From an uncultured Verrucomicrobiae bacterium (GTDB lineage: Bacteria > Verrucomicrobiota > Verrucomicrobiia > Chthoniobacterales > JAFAMB01): 64,000 bases of DNA. Positions 29,390 through 41,149 of this stretch are shown piece by piece; the stretch's first letter is position 1; each line of letters opens with the position of its first letter. The position numbers were made by a program, and so were the translations under genes. Under the pieces are notes generated by a model, which ran no database searches, had not been told where the DNA came from, and saw only the letters and a list, made by a program, of their open reading frames with translations. The DNA lies in contig CAWAIK010000005.1 in assembly GCA_963782115.1 (NCBI GenBank), forward strand, positions 96,001 through 160,000, written 5' to 3'.

Positions 29390-30647
29390 ATGAAACAAGA
29401 AAACCTCCCTCCTACTGTGTCAACTGAGACACAGTCCCCTCCATCGGCGAGAGAAGATATTCAGTCTCAATGGCATAATGTCGTCAGGCGACGCTCATTT
29501 CTCAAGGGCCTCGGCGTTGTCGGCGCAACGTTGCTGCCGGCCAGCGCACTATTGATGACCAAAGGCAAGGCGCAGGAAACAAAGAGAAGAGGCAAACTTA
29601 CTAAAGGCGATGCAGATCTTCTCAGGTTCGCGGCATGGGCGGAAATCGTAGAGAGCGATCTGTGGACGCAATACAATGAGCTGGGCGGAGCCACAAAACC
29701 CAACGACGGCCCAACCAACGTCGGGAATCCGGCATACATGGCTGCGCTCCAAAATCTGGATTCCGACATGCCCCAGTACAATTAGCGATAATACCGATGA
29801 TGAACTGAGCCACGCAGCCTTCCTGAACGCCTACTTGCAGTCTAAGGGCGCAGAACCGGTCAACCTTGATGCGTTTCGAACCTTGCCAGGCAGTAGAGCG
29901 ACAGGGGTTGATACTACGAAAAACAATAAACGCCTCACAAACCTCCTAAACCTCACGGTGGACCTTAGTTGGTATACTCGGTACCGGAGCGAAGAGAACC
30001 CTGACAGTCCTTTCAACTTTATCTTCCAGGGTCCCTTTAAGATTGTGAATGAGCCGGGCATTCCCGCATCCGACGCCGACACTCCCACCCCTCCCACGGT
30101 AGTGACAGCGCCCCCAATCGCTCCGGGGGCCCAACGCATCCAAGCGATCGCCAACACGGCGGGATTTCACTTTGCGTTTATCGAGCAGGGTGGCTCGAGT
30201 CTTTATATTACGCTCGCACTCAAGGCAACCAGTCAAGAGGTTCTGCGAATCTTGCTCAGTATTGGCGGAGTCGAGATTGACCACTTTTCGCTTTGGCATG
30301 ACAAGGCAGGGAATGCGGTGTCTCAACCTTTGGCTGGTGTGAAAGACCCTATAACTGGGTTAACGTTTCCGGATCTTAATGCCGTCACTCCAGCGGCAGC
30401 GCTGGAGCTCACCCAGACTAACAAGATCCTACCCGAGCCGTGCGACTTTATTTTGGAAGACCCAGCCTTACCTAACTGTTCGGTGATTCGCCCTACCTCC
30501 ACCGCGCAAGGGGGTGCAGTGGCCACTGTCAATGCTTTCGCGGCCGATGGGCTTTTCCTCGGCCACGAAAAGGATGGGTTCCTTGAATTTTCAATGGACC
30601 TGGCAACGGCAGCGGATAATGCACGGCGCGAGTTCGAGGAGGACTAG
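29390..30647 (+). pseudogene. Tat-exported ferritin-like domain protein, single frameshift
   Basis: RRSFLKG Tat motif; ESDLWTQYNEL, DDELSH, FIEQGG, EIDH; extra A near 29780. Confidence 0.85.
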
Positions 30648-31131
30648 CGAAAGAAAATAAAGAAAGGAAATGGATAACCTCTGGAGGGGTCAGACATGGC
30701 AGATTCTGGCACGTTTGTACCCTCCTACTTCCAATCAATAGCAAAGTGCACGAGTTACTACGGTAGCACTTTTGAGGTTGCAAAACGTCTGAGATCAGCC
30801 TCGGTCGCAACTTAGTTCCTCAGCCAGTGCCGTTGAACAGGTTGAGGGCAACAACGGCACAGACAGGGATATGGAATGTTTTTCTCAAACGCTCGGAAAG
30901 AAGCACCCTTGCGGTTAATTGGCAGCGTGCGCCTCGTGGCATCCTGGTGGGTCGTGGATTTCTGCGGCGGAAACTTCGGTCCGAGGCAGTCCGAAAACTT
31001 AATCACGTAGACAAGGATGGGCTTGATACCAGCGTCCGGCAGATTAACCGTTCCTCTGCCGCTGCAGGGGGAGCGCCGGAATACCGGCGTTCCTACTGCA
31101 ACAGAAACACAGGAAAAACTGAGATCCCTCC

Positions 31132-32279
31132 ATGAAAAACATCAGCCATCTCCACACTGGCTTTTTGCGAGGCCGAGCTTTTAGTCTTGTCTCGGCGTTT
31201 GTCTTGCTCTCACCGGCAGCCTTAGTCGCTCAGCAGTACCAACAGACTAATCTCGTCTCGGATATATCAGGATTCGGAGCAACCACTATTGATCCGCATC
31301 TCAAGAATCCCTGGGGCATCACGAGAGGCACTACGACCCCTTGGTGGGTTTCGGATAATAGGACCGGCTTTTCCACGTTATATGATGGAAAAGGAGATAA
31401 GTTTCCATTGCCTCCCGCGGCTCCATTAGTGGTCACGATTCTGTCGTCGAATCCGCAGTCTCCGACCGGCACCCCAACCGGCGCGGTCTTCAACGGGAGC
31501 ACTGATTTTGCCATAACTCCGGGCAATCCAGCCCTGTTCATTTTTGTGTCCTTAGACGGCACAATCTCAGCATGGAGCCCGAAGCTTGCAGACCCGACGG
31601 TTGCAATGGTGAAAGTGCCAGGATCGGCCAACTCGGTACTGACAGGCGCAACAATAGCTCAGATCGGAGACGATCGGCTTCTCTATGTAGCCGATTTGAA
31701 AGAAGGAAAGATCAAAGTTTACGATACGAATTTTGACCCGGTTGAGACTGGACGTGAGGCTTTCGAGGATGACGATATTCCGCAAGGGTTCGCTCCATTT
31801 AATGTGCAGAACATCGGCGGCAACCTTTATGTAGCGTACGCGCAACAGAATCAGGCTAAGAACTTTGTGGTTTTTGGTGCGGGGCTGGGCTTTGTTGATG
31901 TCTTTTCGCCGCGAGGACGTCTGTTGCTACGCCTAGAACACGGCGATCAGTTCAATGCACCTTGGGGACTAACTCTTGCTCCGAGCGACTTCGGAAGCTT
32001 TAGTCATAAGGTTATAGTCGGCCAGTTCGGAAGTGGAGAAATCCTGGCGTTTGATGCGGTTACCGGCCGCTTTGAGGGGAGACTCCGAGATCCGAGCGAC
32101 AATCCCATTGTCATCGACGGGCTCTGGGGAATTTCCTTTGGTGCTGGACAGCCCTCGCCGCAGACCTCTGGACCTGCCAATACGCTCTTTTTCGCAGCTG
32201 GCCCAACATGGGGAACGATGGCATTTTCGGAACCTTGACTCCGGTGGCAAGCGATCTAACGCAAGGCAACGACCAGTAG
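31132..32279 (+). CDS. TIGR03118-family secreted protein (C-terminal frameshift)
   Basis: QTNLVSD, NPWG, PTGAVFN, APFNVQ, NAPWG, DGLWGI, LFFAAGP; restoring one C near 32202 gives NDGIFGTL. Confidence 0.87.
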
Positions 32280-32606
32280 CGAATCGTCCAGCCAATCGGT
32301 GCCGAGCAGTTTCGTTCGCTGGCCAACCGTGAATTTGCCCGACAGGTGTGACATCCAACAGGGGTGAGAAAACCTGCAGCCCTGGTCCGCTTGCGGATAG
32401 CAACCCAGGTGGAACCACGATCGGCCACAGCGTGAGCGACAATGCCTCGTAACAAGCTGCTCGAGCAGCCGATTGAACTGCGCCGGCGGCAACCGTTGGA
32501 TTGGCTCCCGCGTCGGCCACACTTTCAGCACGTCGGTTGGGCTCTATGATTGGCCCTTCGCCCAATGCAGTTACTGCCTGTGCCGATCGAAACGGTTCTT
32601 CCCGGT

Positions 32607-32923
32607 TTATTGGACCGGCGTGGGTGCGGCGGCGAACTTGTCATTATAGGATTGGACCGCCCGCAAAATTTGGGGGTTTATTTCGTGTTTAATGGACTCG
32701 GTTGCGGCCCGGATGGCATTTTTGATCGCCAGCGGCGAACTCGCTCCATGAGCGATAATGCACACGCCATTTACGCCGAGCAACGGCGTGCCACCGTACT
32801 CCTCGTAATTGGTCTTTTTCCGAATCGACTTCAATGGCGATATTCTTTGAGCGCTAGGACTGCTCCCTCGATGGCGTTTTTGGGTGCGTAATCACCCCCC
32901 ATTGCGTCTAAGGCGATCCTCAT
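32607..32923 (-). pseudogene. plsX: Phosphate acyltransferase PlsX with most of the gene deleted
   Basis: MRIALDAMGGDYAP N-terminus joined near 32834 to EEYGGTPLLGVNGVCIIAHGAS C-terminus. Confidence 0.9.
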
Positions 32924-33179
32924 AGCGCATTCTCCGCGGCATCGCGCCGAAGATTTTCGTGGGATAGCTGCCCAACGCAAGAAGAGCCCTCGATCAACTC
33001 GAAATTCGGCATGGGACAATAACTGCGCAGAAAGCACACAAAGCGAAAAAAATTTCGGCGATTGACCGCAACGGGCCGGGCGACAACGACTTTCTCCCCG
33101 GGAGAGTATCTTGCTTTAGCTTTGGTTAAATTCCCACAAGGGGGGAAACACGGCGAGCCGCCGTGTTTGTGCCCGATCC

Positions 33180-33490
33180 TGAACGTGGCTACGGGGTGTG
33201 TGTCTCTGGGCCAGCCGAGCTCTTTGATGGTTCGAGAGATCACCTTGCAGGGTGATGGTGCCGTGTCGAATGTAGTCATGGGTCTGGGTGCGCACATAAC
33301 CCTTCTTCAAAGGAAGGCCCAGTTGGGTGCGCTCCAGTGCCTGGCATTGACTCTTCTCGTCGCAACAGAGCACCAAAGCCCGCTCAGGGGGATCCAAATA
33401 GAGCCCGATGACGTCCCAGAATTTCTCTTCGAAGTTCGGGTCATTGGAGATCTCAAAAGTTTCCAATCGATGTGGCTTAATATCGTTGCC
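33180..33490 (-). mobile_element. IS630-family transposase fragment
   Basis: [42 protein letters not shown]...THDYIRHGT. Confidence 0.9.
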
Positions 33491-33518
33491 ATTCCCTCGC
33501 GATCAAAGCGGAGAAGGT

Positions 33519-33884
33519 TCAGTCTGAGAGCCTTTGCAATGCGTCCCTCAGGTTTTGGTAGGTCACTACTTGCACCTGGGAACTATAATGAAAGTGAGAC
33601 AGAATATTGAGTCCGATATCTTTATGTGGATCGGGAATCACTCTGACAATCAATCCCACCTGCTTTGCAGCAAAAAGGTCCATGATCGCGGCAATGTAGG
33701 AGGCACCGGTAGGGTCCATGGACTTCAACCCGCTTAGGTCACTGAGTAGTCGAAAGCCCGGTCCGATATCTGCGGTCAAGGCGCGGAGCTGTTCCGCGCA
33801 CTCTCGCATTTCGCCAGCGCTAACATTTTCTGACCAAGTGATTTTGATCAGGCGATTGATGTCGTCAGCTTCAACGGAGAACAT
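33519..33884 (-). CDS. Hypothetical protein, STAS/SEC14-like
   Basis: 121 aa, FRLLSDLSGLKSMD, VRVIPDPHKDIG. Confidence 0.6.
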   Translation of the reverse strand: MFSVEADDINRLIKITWSENVSAGEMRECAEQLRALTADIGPGFRLLSDLSGLKSMDPTGASYIAAIMDLFAAKQVGLIVRVIPDPHKDIGLNILSHFHYSSQVQVVTYQNLRDALQRLSD

Positions 33885-34109
33885 ATGTCTAATTGGATGC
33901 CGTGCGGGTGGTCAAGCCGGGCTCGCCAAAGGATGATATCTAGCAATTCCTGACAGTCCAGAGCAGGGGCGCGTCTTTTTAAACAGGCAGCATCCCAAGG
34001 AGCCCTTCATCTTTCTTCCTAGAGACGTGAGCAACGACTTTTTCATCTTTGTATTCATTGAGCCATGTTGATTTTACTTTGGCAAAACCTGTGCTGCAAC
34101 GCTCGCGCA

Positions 34110-35030
34110 TCAGGTGAAGACTTGGCTGCGATTAAAGCTCCGCACCTCCAACTGAAACGAGCGCCCGAACAATCCTTGCAACCGCCGTCGCAGCAGCATC
34201 AACGCGTGAACCGGCTGGCGCTCTGCGAAGAAAAGTTGTTCGACTTCCGTCGAAGGCACACCTTGCCCGTCATCAGTAACGCTCATCTCTAGCCACGGCC
34301 CTGCCGGACGGACCACCAGACGCAGTCGCCCGGCCTCCGGCGAGGAACGGAGTCCGTGCCCCACGGCATTCTCCACCAGCGGCTGCAGTGAGAAAGGGGG
34401 CATTAAGACCTTCGATAGTCCCGGATCGATCGCCTCCTCCACGTTCAATCGGCTACCGAACCGCAGCATCTCGATGTCGAGATACATACGCACAATCGCC
34501 AACTCTTCCTCCAGTGGAACCAGCGCTCGTTCGTGTTGATCGAAACTAGCACGCAGAAAATGGCGCGATCGCCCCACCGCGCGTGGGACTTCACGAGGTG
34601 CGATCCTCGAAAGCGCCGCTAGAGTATTCAGTGCGTTGAAGAGGAAATGTGGATTCATGCGCGCCTGCAGAGCACGCACCTCCGCCGAGGCCGCCGCCCG
34701 GGTTTGCTCATCACGGTCACGTACCTGTTCAACGATCGCCAGAATCAACGCCGTGCCCAAACCTTGCAACACAGGGGCCATTCCGATCTCCTCCAGCCTG
34801 TGCAGAGCCGCGTCCGAATCAGGAGCGCTCAATAGGATGAGACCGCTCCGGAGCAACGATATCCCCAAGGTCAGACAGAATCCCGTGAGTGGTTATTGCG
34901 CCAGCTTTGGACGCCATCGATACAGCCAACCTCCGGCCAGCCCACCGCACAACATGGAAATTGCGATGGAGCCTAACGGCAGGCCGTCGTGCGCGACCGC
35001 CAACCAGGTGACCTGTCGAGGGACCTTGCC
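34110..35030 (-). pseudogene. LytS/YehU-family sensor kinase fragment
   Basis: LQARMNPHFLFNALNT, YLDIEMLRF, LQPLVENAV, DDGQG; both ends lost. Confidence 0.85.
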
Positions 35031-35744
35031 AAGGCAAGGGCTGAATCGCTCGGCAAGGGCATTTTTGGCGTTCAGGGTACTGCTCCCGCAATCGCGTAAT
35101 GAGGCGCATGGCCGAATTTATAGAGCATCTGCGAAAGCCGTAAATGGAACGAAAGATCCAATAGGTGGCTTTCACCGCCTGCATTTGCGGCGGTTTGCAA
35201 CCGCCACAGACGCTTACTTCGTATCGAGATGGTTGTTTGCCACGTTGGTTTCTCCTTTGGTTTGCGTTGGGGATTGGGTTTTTGCGCCGTTCTTACAAAA
35301 ATCGTATGGTCCTGCGGAGTCGCGCCAGTCCGAACGACGATTACGGCAATTGGGACAAAAAAGGTCGGTCTCTCAAACAAATAGCGTTGATTGCCGCGAA
35401 TTCTGGAGGCAACGCGGGAATTTCTCGCCGCTGACTCAAAGATCAAACCGACACATGAATAAGAACTCTTTATTGTTGAAAGCATTTACCCTGGCATGCC
35501 TACTTTGGGTTTCCCAGTAGAATTGGAACCAATTTTTACCGTAAGATCTCACCTGCCTATTATGAATAACAGATGGAGGAATGCACTTATGAAAGTTTTT
35601 GCTCTCAAGAAGTTAGGATCAAAATTCAAGGCGCATATCACTACCTGCGCCATTCCCGACAAAACATTTATCTGGCTGCCATTTACCGGAGGGATTTTAG
35701 CTTTTGCAGTGATCCTACCAAAGCCCCATGGGTAAATAGTTAGC

Positions 35745-37680
35745 ATTTCGACGGACAGCAGGGCGGCATCCAGCCCGTGTCCTGTGACGTCGATGAGGTA
35801 AAGGGCGAGGTGATCGTCGTCCACCCAGTGGTAACCGATGGTATCGCCGCCGAGGGTGGAAGCCGGGAGGTAGCGCCAATCAACCGAGACCACCCCGTCC
35901 ATTGGCGGCGGAATGCAGTCCCGCACGTATTGGATACCGGCGGCAAACTCCGCGCGCATGCGCTCGTCGCCGAGGTTCTCGAGCACGGCGGAGGCGTCCA
36001 CCAGATCGGGCATAGTTGAGCCTTCGGGGGAGACGCCGCCCACCGCGCTGAGCGCTCTGAACGCTTCTTCGCGGCGGCCTTGTTTTTGCCAAAGTCGGGC
36101 GAGGCTCGTCGTGGCGCGCAGTTTCCACGCTTTGCTCTGCTGACGGTGGGCTATCTCGACGGCCTGCCGGAAGCATTGCTCAGCCGCGGTTTGATCATCC
36201 AACTCCGCCAGCAGCAATTCGCCCTTCAATCGATGCAACTCCGCTTCCTGAAACCGATCATCGTTTTTCTCCACGAGCGTGAGTGCCTCGTTCAAGGCTT
36301 CGCGCGCTTCAGCAAATCTACCCGTGCGCGTGCAGCCATCCGCCAGGATGCTCAAATAATACGGGCGCCAGTTCGGCTCCTGAGCCTGGTAGGCTTCCAG
36401 CCCTTTTTGCAGCAGTCGAAGCCCTTGCTCCAGTTGACCCTGTAGGAGCAAACCTCCAGCGACGTAGAGCGTGCCCGATGCGTGCCAAAAAAGAAACCCT
36501 TGCTCCGTCGCGATCCGAACTTGCTCGTCGCCGGCGGCCTGCGCCGGAATTCCAAGTCGGCAATGCTGGTAGAGCCAGGCCGTGTGATGCAGTGCGTATT
36601 CTAGACTGAAGGGCTGATTGATGGTGCGCGCGAGCTCGAGCATCTCATCGTTGAGTCGCAGCGCTTGGTCCGGAAAACCGAGGTGCCACAGGGCCAGCGC
36701 CAGATAACAGCGGTGAGTGACGCCGGCATCCTCGCCTACGAGTCCGGCCCAGTATGCCGTGCGCTCCCGGTCGTCGAACTCGTCGATCGCTCGAGAGCAA
36801 CATTCGCGGGCCCCGGCAAAATCGCCCCGATAAAGCCGTGAAAGGGCCTTCAGAAAGAGAGCCTCCATCAGGATGCCGGGATCGTTGAGCCGCTCGCCAA
36901 ACGCCATCGCTTCGTCCGCCAGTTCGGTGCAGATTCGGAAATCGCCGCGGACGATATGGAACGCGAGAATTTCCCCACATCATTGCGAAGAGCTGCGGCG
37001 TCTGCCCCACCCGCTCGCACAGCGCCTGGGCACGCCGGAAAACCGGACCTACTTCCGGCGCTGCATACCCGCGTGAGGCAATGTAAGCGGTGCCTAGTGG
37101 ACCGAGCAGCTCCAGTTCGCGAGCGTCACGTTCGGGCGATGCCTCCTGCGTTTCAAGAAGCCTCAGACCCTTTGTGAGGTGGCTGATGGCCTCGACATGG
37201 GCGAAGCGATCTCACGACCGCAGACCCGCCCTCAAGCAATACCCGATCGCCTTATCGATGATCCCGGCTTCGATGAAATGCTCACGCGAGCAGTTCCGGC
37301 TGCGTCTCCACCAAGTGCGTAAACCGCGCTTCCAACACCGCGGCGACCTGTTGATGAAATCGCCGGCGCTTCGGCCCGTCGATCGCACCGTGCAACGCTT
37401 CCTCGAGCAGCGCATGCTTAAAGAGGTACATTGGCCCAGTGCGCGAAAAGTCTCCTCACGCTCTCGGGCGGGCGTGAGTCCGGTCCCCGGACAGCGCTCG
37501 TTCGGGGGCAGAAATAGCAGCTTGGCAAATAGCGCCAGGAACTCCGGCCTGCACAGATCGTACTCCTCCAGATGCTGCGCCAATCGGTCGAAGCAAGGCA
37601 TCGGTGAAGGATCGTGCCCTACCCCGAGGAAGCGCTGCAGATCGAGATGAACCTTCTGCTCATCGGTACGCTTCAATCTT
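35745..37680 (-). pseudogene. Fragmented ATPase/TPR multidomain protein with start of a PP2C/SpoIIE domain
   Basis: EAELHRLKGELLL, LRATTSLARLW, GGDTIGY...DVTGHG; several frameshifts and deletions. Confidence 0.78.
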
Positions 37681-38085
37681 TCGCGCTTTGCTCATGGCGA
37701 GTTGCTCGCGTTCGCGTGGTCGAGCAAACATTTCCTCCAATACCTTAGTCAATCGAATCTGAGATTTCACCATCTCGACTGGATTGCGATGGGTCTGGAT
37801 GATTACTGCGGCAGGAAACACTGTCAACACCTTATCCAGGCCGTAAGTTCAGACGCACGGCAGCGACCGTTGGGTCCTGGGCCGGTGCCGAGTCCGCGGC
37901 TGACTCTGTAGTGACACTTGGCCGCAAACATTCTCGTCCTGTTGAATACCTGGCCCGGTTTGCACCAAAATCCTCCAATCGCGTCCGGCGCCTCGCCTCG
38001 GCACAAAGAGAATCACTTTTCAGCAACCATCTGTGAATCTGCGGTTTAAAATTCGGAATTCGGGTTTAGTGCAGTCTGTCCTGCT

Positions 38086-38469
38086 TCAGCCCTTCAAGGT
38101 TAGGAGCTTTTGGGCGATCCGTGCCGGTGGAGAAGCTACTTCTCCCTCGCCCGTCAAGGGGAAATGCATCCGAAAAAGAGCAGCTAGCATCGCGACCGAG
38201 TTGTCACTCCATAATCCACCGTGACCCCAAATAATTTCCTTCGGGACGCGCACAATCCAAAACGGCACACGAGCATTTCCCGTATAAACAAATTGCCATC
38301 GACGCCAAATTTCCCGTTCGCTCGGCGGACGAACTTCATCAGGATTATAATTGCCGTCGCGGCAGAAGCGATCTTCATGGCCGTCATTATGCTCACTCGT
38401 ATAAAAGGTATAATCAGGGATAATCAGGGTGGTTCTTTCTGAAATTAGCGTCGAACGCCCGGTTCTCAT
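38086..38469 (-). CDS. Hypothetical protein
   Basis: 127-aa ORF, no recognised motif. Confidence 0.35.
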   Translation of the reverse strand: MRTGRSTLISERTTLIIPDYTFYTSEHNDGHEDRFCRDGNYNPDEVRPPSEREIWRRWQFVYTGNARVPFWIVRVPKEIIWGHGGLWSDNSVAMLAALFRMHFPLTGEGEVASPPARIAQKLLTLKG

Positions 38470-38791
38470 AGGCGATCAGTCCAGGCGGTGGTGTTGTTTC
38501 ACCAAGTGGATTTGTACAAATATTCGAGCTCCGACATTAGCTGACGGGAGCCAATCGAACTATCCGCAGGGTTAAACGCCACGGCCATGTCCCATGGGCT
38601 GGTATTGCGCGAAGCCTGCGCTGCTGGCATCAAGGATCGAGTGCGAAATGGTGACTTCGTGCAGAAAAGTGGAACCGTTTCGTGACATTGCGATAATGAA
38701 AATCGCCGGTGAGTCCGATTTGGCATGATTTTTCGCGGGCTAGAAGTTCGCCCAATTCAAGCTGCGGGCCGATCAAGTTGACATTGTTTGG

Positions 38792-38847
38792 CGTTCAACG
38801 TTCAGCGTTCAACGTTCAACGTTCAGCGTTCAACGTTCAACGTTCAA
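38792..38847. repeat. Heptamer tandem repeat (CGTTCAR)8
   Basis: Eight units of CGTTCAA/CGTTCAG with GTTTGG on both sides. Confidence 0.95.
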
Positions 38848-38862
38848 CGTTTGGCGATTTGA

Positions 38863-39045
38863 AAGAGCCGGACGAGTAGTCGGTCCCAAAGTAGCGGCAG
38901 CCGATGTCTGCGTAGAAGCGTCGTGCGATTTGAAATTCAAAGCCGCCCTACAACCCTGCGCATCCACGGAGGTCGAAAGGTTCAGGTAATAGCCGCTCGC
39001 CTGAAACAAGCATCTGGACTTCTCCAATTCTATGCTCAGCGGGAT
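38863..39045 (-). mobile_element. Possible IS110/IS1111-type non-coding end without its transposase
   Basis: Minus-strand TTGGAGAAG...TGTTTCAGGCGAG..GGCTA..ACCTGA...GGGCGGC...GACGCTTC...GGGACC..CTACTCGTCCGGC; stem TTCAGG/CCTGAA; recalled resemblance only. Confidence 0.4.
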
Positions 39046-39326
39046 AATGTACCCGAACGCTCCGAGATTTCTTAGCGGATAATGCGCTGAGACACGGTCT
39101 ACCCCCGAAGTACTCCCTCTCCTCGGAGGGAAGGCGCGCTCCCACGTCTCCTTCCGGAAAAGGGATCCAAACGGGAAACCCGATGCTCGCCTCAAAGGGT
39201 GACTCGCTCGGTGTCGGCTCCGACACTGGTGGGGGAAGTGGAAGGGGGCCAGCGTTTGCGCCGATGGTTCATTTGGCGAGAGAAGGTCGACTTTCAACCG
39301 ATAGAAGTCCAGTCTCTCGCTCCTCA

Positions 39327-39878
39327 TTATATTGGCACGTGAACCGGCTCTTCCGATAATCGGGTTGGGCATCGCTTGAGGATCCAGTGGATCAAGCGTG
39401 TTTCGGCGTCTTTCAGTCTCAGACCATCGAGCGTTGTTACGAGATCACGAAGATGCATGCTTAATGACGTCAGCATCCGAAGAGCCAGATCCTGCCGGCG
39501 ATTTAGGAATTGCAGGAATTCTTGTTTCAAGATGAGAATAACTTCGCTTTCCTCAACGGCTTGAGCATGGGCGGGGTAGCCACCTTCACTGACGATGGCA
39601 GCCTCGGCCAGAGTTTCTCCAGCGTGGAAAAGGTGAATTATTTGCTCACGGCCGTCAGGCGCGATGCGATAGATTTTAACGAGACCCTTACGCACGAGGT
39701 AGAAGCCAGCGGCAGGATCGCCTTCGTGAAAGAGATACTGTCCCTTGGCGAGACGTTTGAGGAAAGCAAAACTAGCCAGGTCGCGGAGATCCGCTTCGGA
39801 AATCCCGTTAAATAAGGGGGTAGATTGGAGGGAATAAGTAATGGCGGCGATCCGCAGGCTTTCACGTTCGCGGTGCAT
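39327..39878 (-). pseudogene. Crp/Fnr-family regulator lacking the C-terminal HTH
   Basis: LFHEGD, GREQII, GETLAEAA, YPAHAQA, AETRL; stops where copy 2 continues into the HTH. Confidence 0.88.
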
Positions 39879-39947
39879 ACCTTCAGATTACCAGAAATCA
39901 CCTGTTTTCACCCTCCCGAATACCGTCGGAGCGAATTAAGTAAAATC

Positions 39948-39961
39948 TTGATCTGGATCAA
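39948..39961. promoter_or_regulatory. FNR-type binding site
   Basis: Perfect TTGAT-CTGG-ATCAA between the divergent Crp/Fnr and cupin genes. Confidence 0.85.
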
Positions 39962-39995
39962 GGTCATCTGCGGCAATCGGGTGGAAAATACCAGT

Positions 39996-40349
39996 ATGGC
40001 GGAACCATCTATCTTCCAAGATGTGCCGAAAATCATTACACTTGCGGACGAGATACCATTGGTGCCAGACGGCATTGTCAGCCGAACGCTTTTCAAATCC
40101 CCTTTCGCCCGCGTCGTGCTATTCAGTTTTGCCGAAGGCGAGGAACTGAGCGAGCATACTAGTTCGCTTCGCGTCATCGTGCAGATTCTCAATGGCACGT
40201 GCGATTTCAACGTCGGTTCAGAAAGGAGACTTCTCGTAGCGGGCGACGTCGTCTATATGCCTCCGCACTTGTTGCATTCGGTAAAGGCAACGAAAGCCTT
40301 TTCCATGCTCCTAACTCTCATCACGAACCCAAGTGAAAAAGAACCATGA
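39996..40349 (+). CDS. Cupin-domain protein
   Basis: GIVSRTL, FAEGEELSEHTS, GDVVYMPP..LHSVKA. Confidence 0.88.
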   Translation: MAEPSIFQDVPKIITLADEIPLVPDGIVSRTLFKSPFARVVLFSFAEGEELSEHTSSLRVIVQILNGTCDFNVGSERRLLVAGDVVYMPPHLLHSVKATKAFSMLLTLITNPSEKEP

Positions 40350-41146
40350 GATCAACCAGACGCCTACCCGGAGAGCACCTCGATGCCAGCAAGATGCCCG
40401 GACATTGGCTGCTTGCGCGCCTCGGCAAGCGCGTACTCCGACCCGGCGGTCTCGAACTTACCCGGTGTATGCTCGACGGCCTAAGCATCCAAGCCGATGA
40501 TGACGTTGTCGAATTTGCCCCTGGCCTCGGCGTCACCGCGCGATTGACCCTGGCTCGGAAACCGCGCTCGTACATCGCCATTGAAAGCGATGAAGATGCC
40601 GCCAGGATCGTGCGACGCTACCTTCAAGGCCTCGGGCGAGACTGTCTCATCGCCAGTGCAGAGGAGACTGGCTTGGCGAACGCACAGGCGAGCGTGGTTT
40701 ATGGCGAAGCCATGCTGACGATGCAAAGCCAACGTCAAAAATCGACCATAATCGCCGAAGCAGCGCGACTGTTGCGTCCTGGGGGTCGGTATGGCATTCA
40801 CGAACTCTGCCTTGTGCCAGACGAACTGCCACAACAAACGCGTGACCTGATAGAGCGCGACCTAGCCACCACGATCCGCGTGGGCGCACGGCCTTTGACC
40901 AGTCAGCAATGGTCTGCACTCCTAACTGAACAGGGGTTCAACATAACACGCTGCGCGACAGTCCCGATGCATCTGCTTGAGCTTCCTCGATTAATCCAAG
41001 ACGAGGGATTGTGGCGCGTTTCATTGATCGCTAGCAGGCTCCTTCGCGATGCAGATGCGCGCTCGCGTCTCCTCGCCATGAAGAAGGTATTCCGCAAACA
41101 TGGCTCCCACCTCCGCGGCATCATCATTATCGGACGAAAACCTTGA
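40346..41146 (+). CDS. Class I SAM-dependent methyltransferase
   Basis: [41 protein letters not shown]. Confidence 0.88.
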   Translation: MRSTRRLPGEHLDASKMPGHWLLARLGKRVLRPGGLELTRCMLDGLSIQADDDVVEFAPGLGVTARLTLARKPRSYIAIESDEDAARIVRRYLQGLGRDCLIASAEETGLANAQASVVYGEAMLTMQSQRQKSTIIAEAARLLRPGGRYGIHELCLVPDELPQQTRDLIERDLATTIRVGARPLTSQQWSALLTEQGFNITRCATVPMHLLELPRLIQDEGLWRVSLIASRLLRDADARSRLLAMKKVFRKHGSHLRGIIIIGRKP

Positions 41147-41149
41147 CGC

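Noticed and set aside
34636..35735. 294-aa ORF and AT-rich patch between the LytS and TPR fragments
   Set aside because: The ORF overlaps the LytS fragment antisense and crosses junctions; I could not assign the AT-rich patch
38830..39372. 180-aa minus-strand ORF
   Set aside because: It spans the Crp break, structured non-coding DNA and the heptamer array, so it is unlikely to be a real protein
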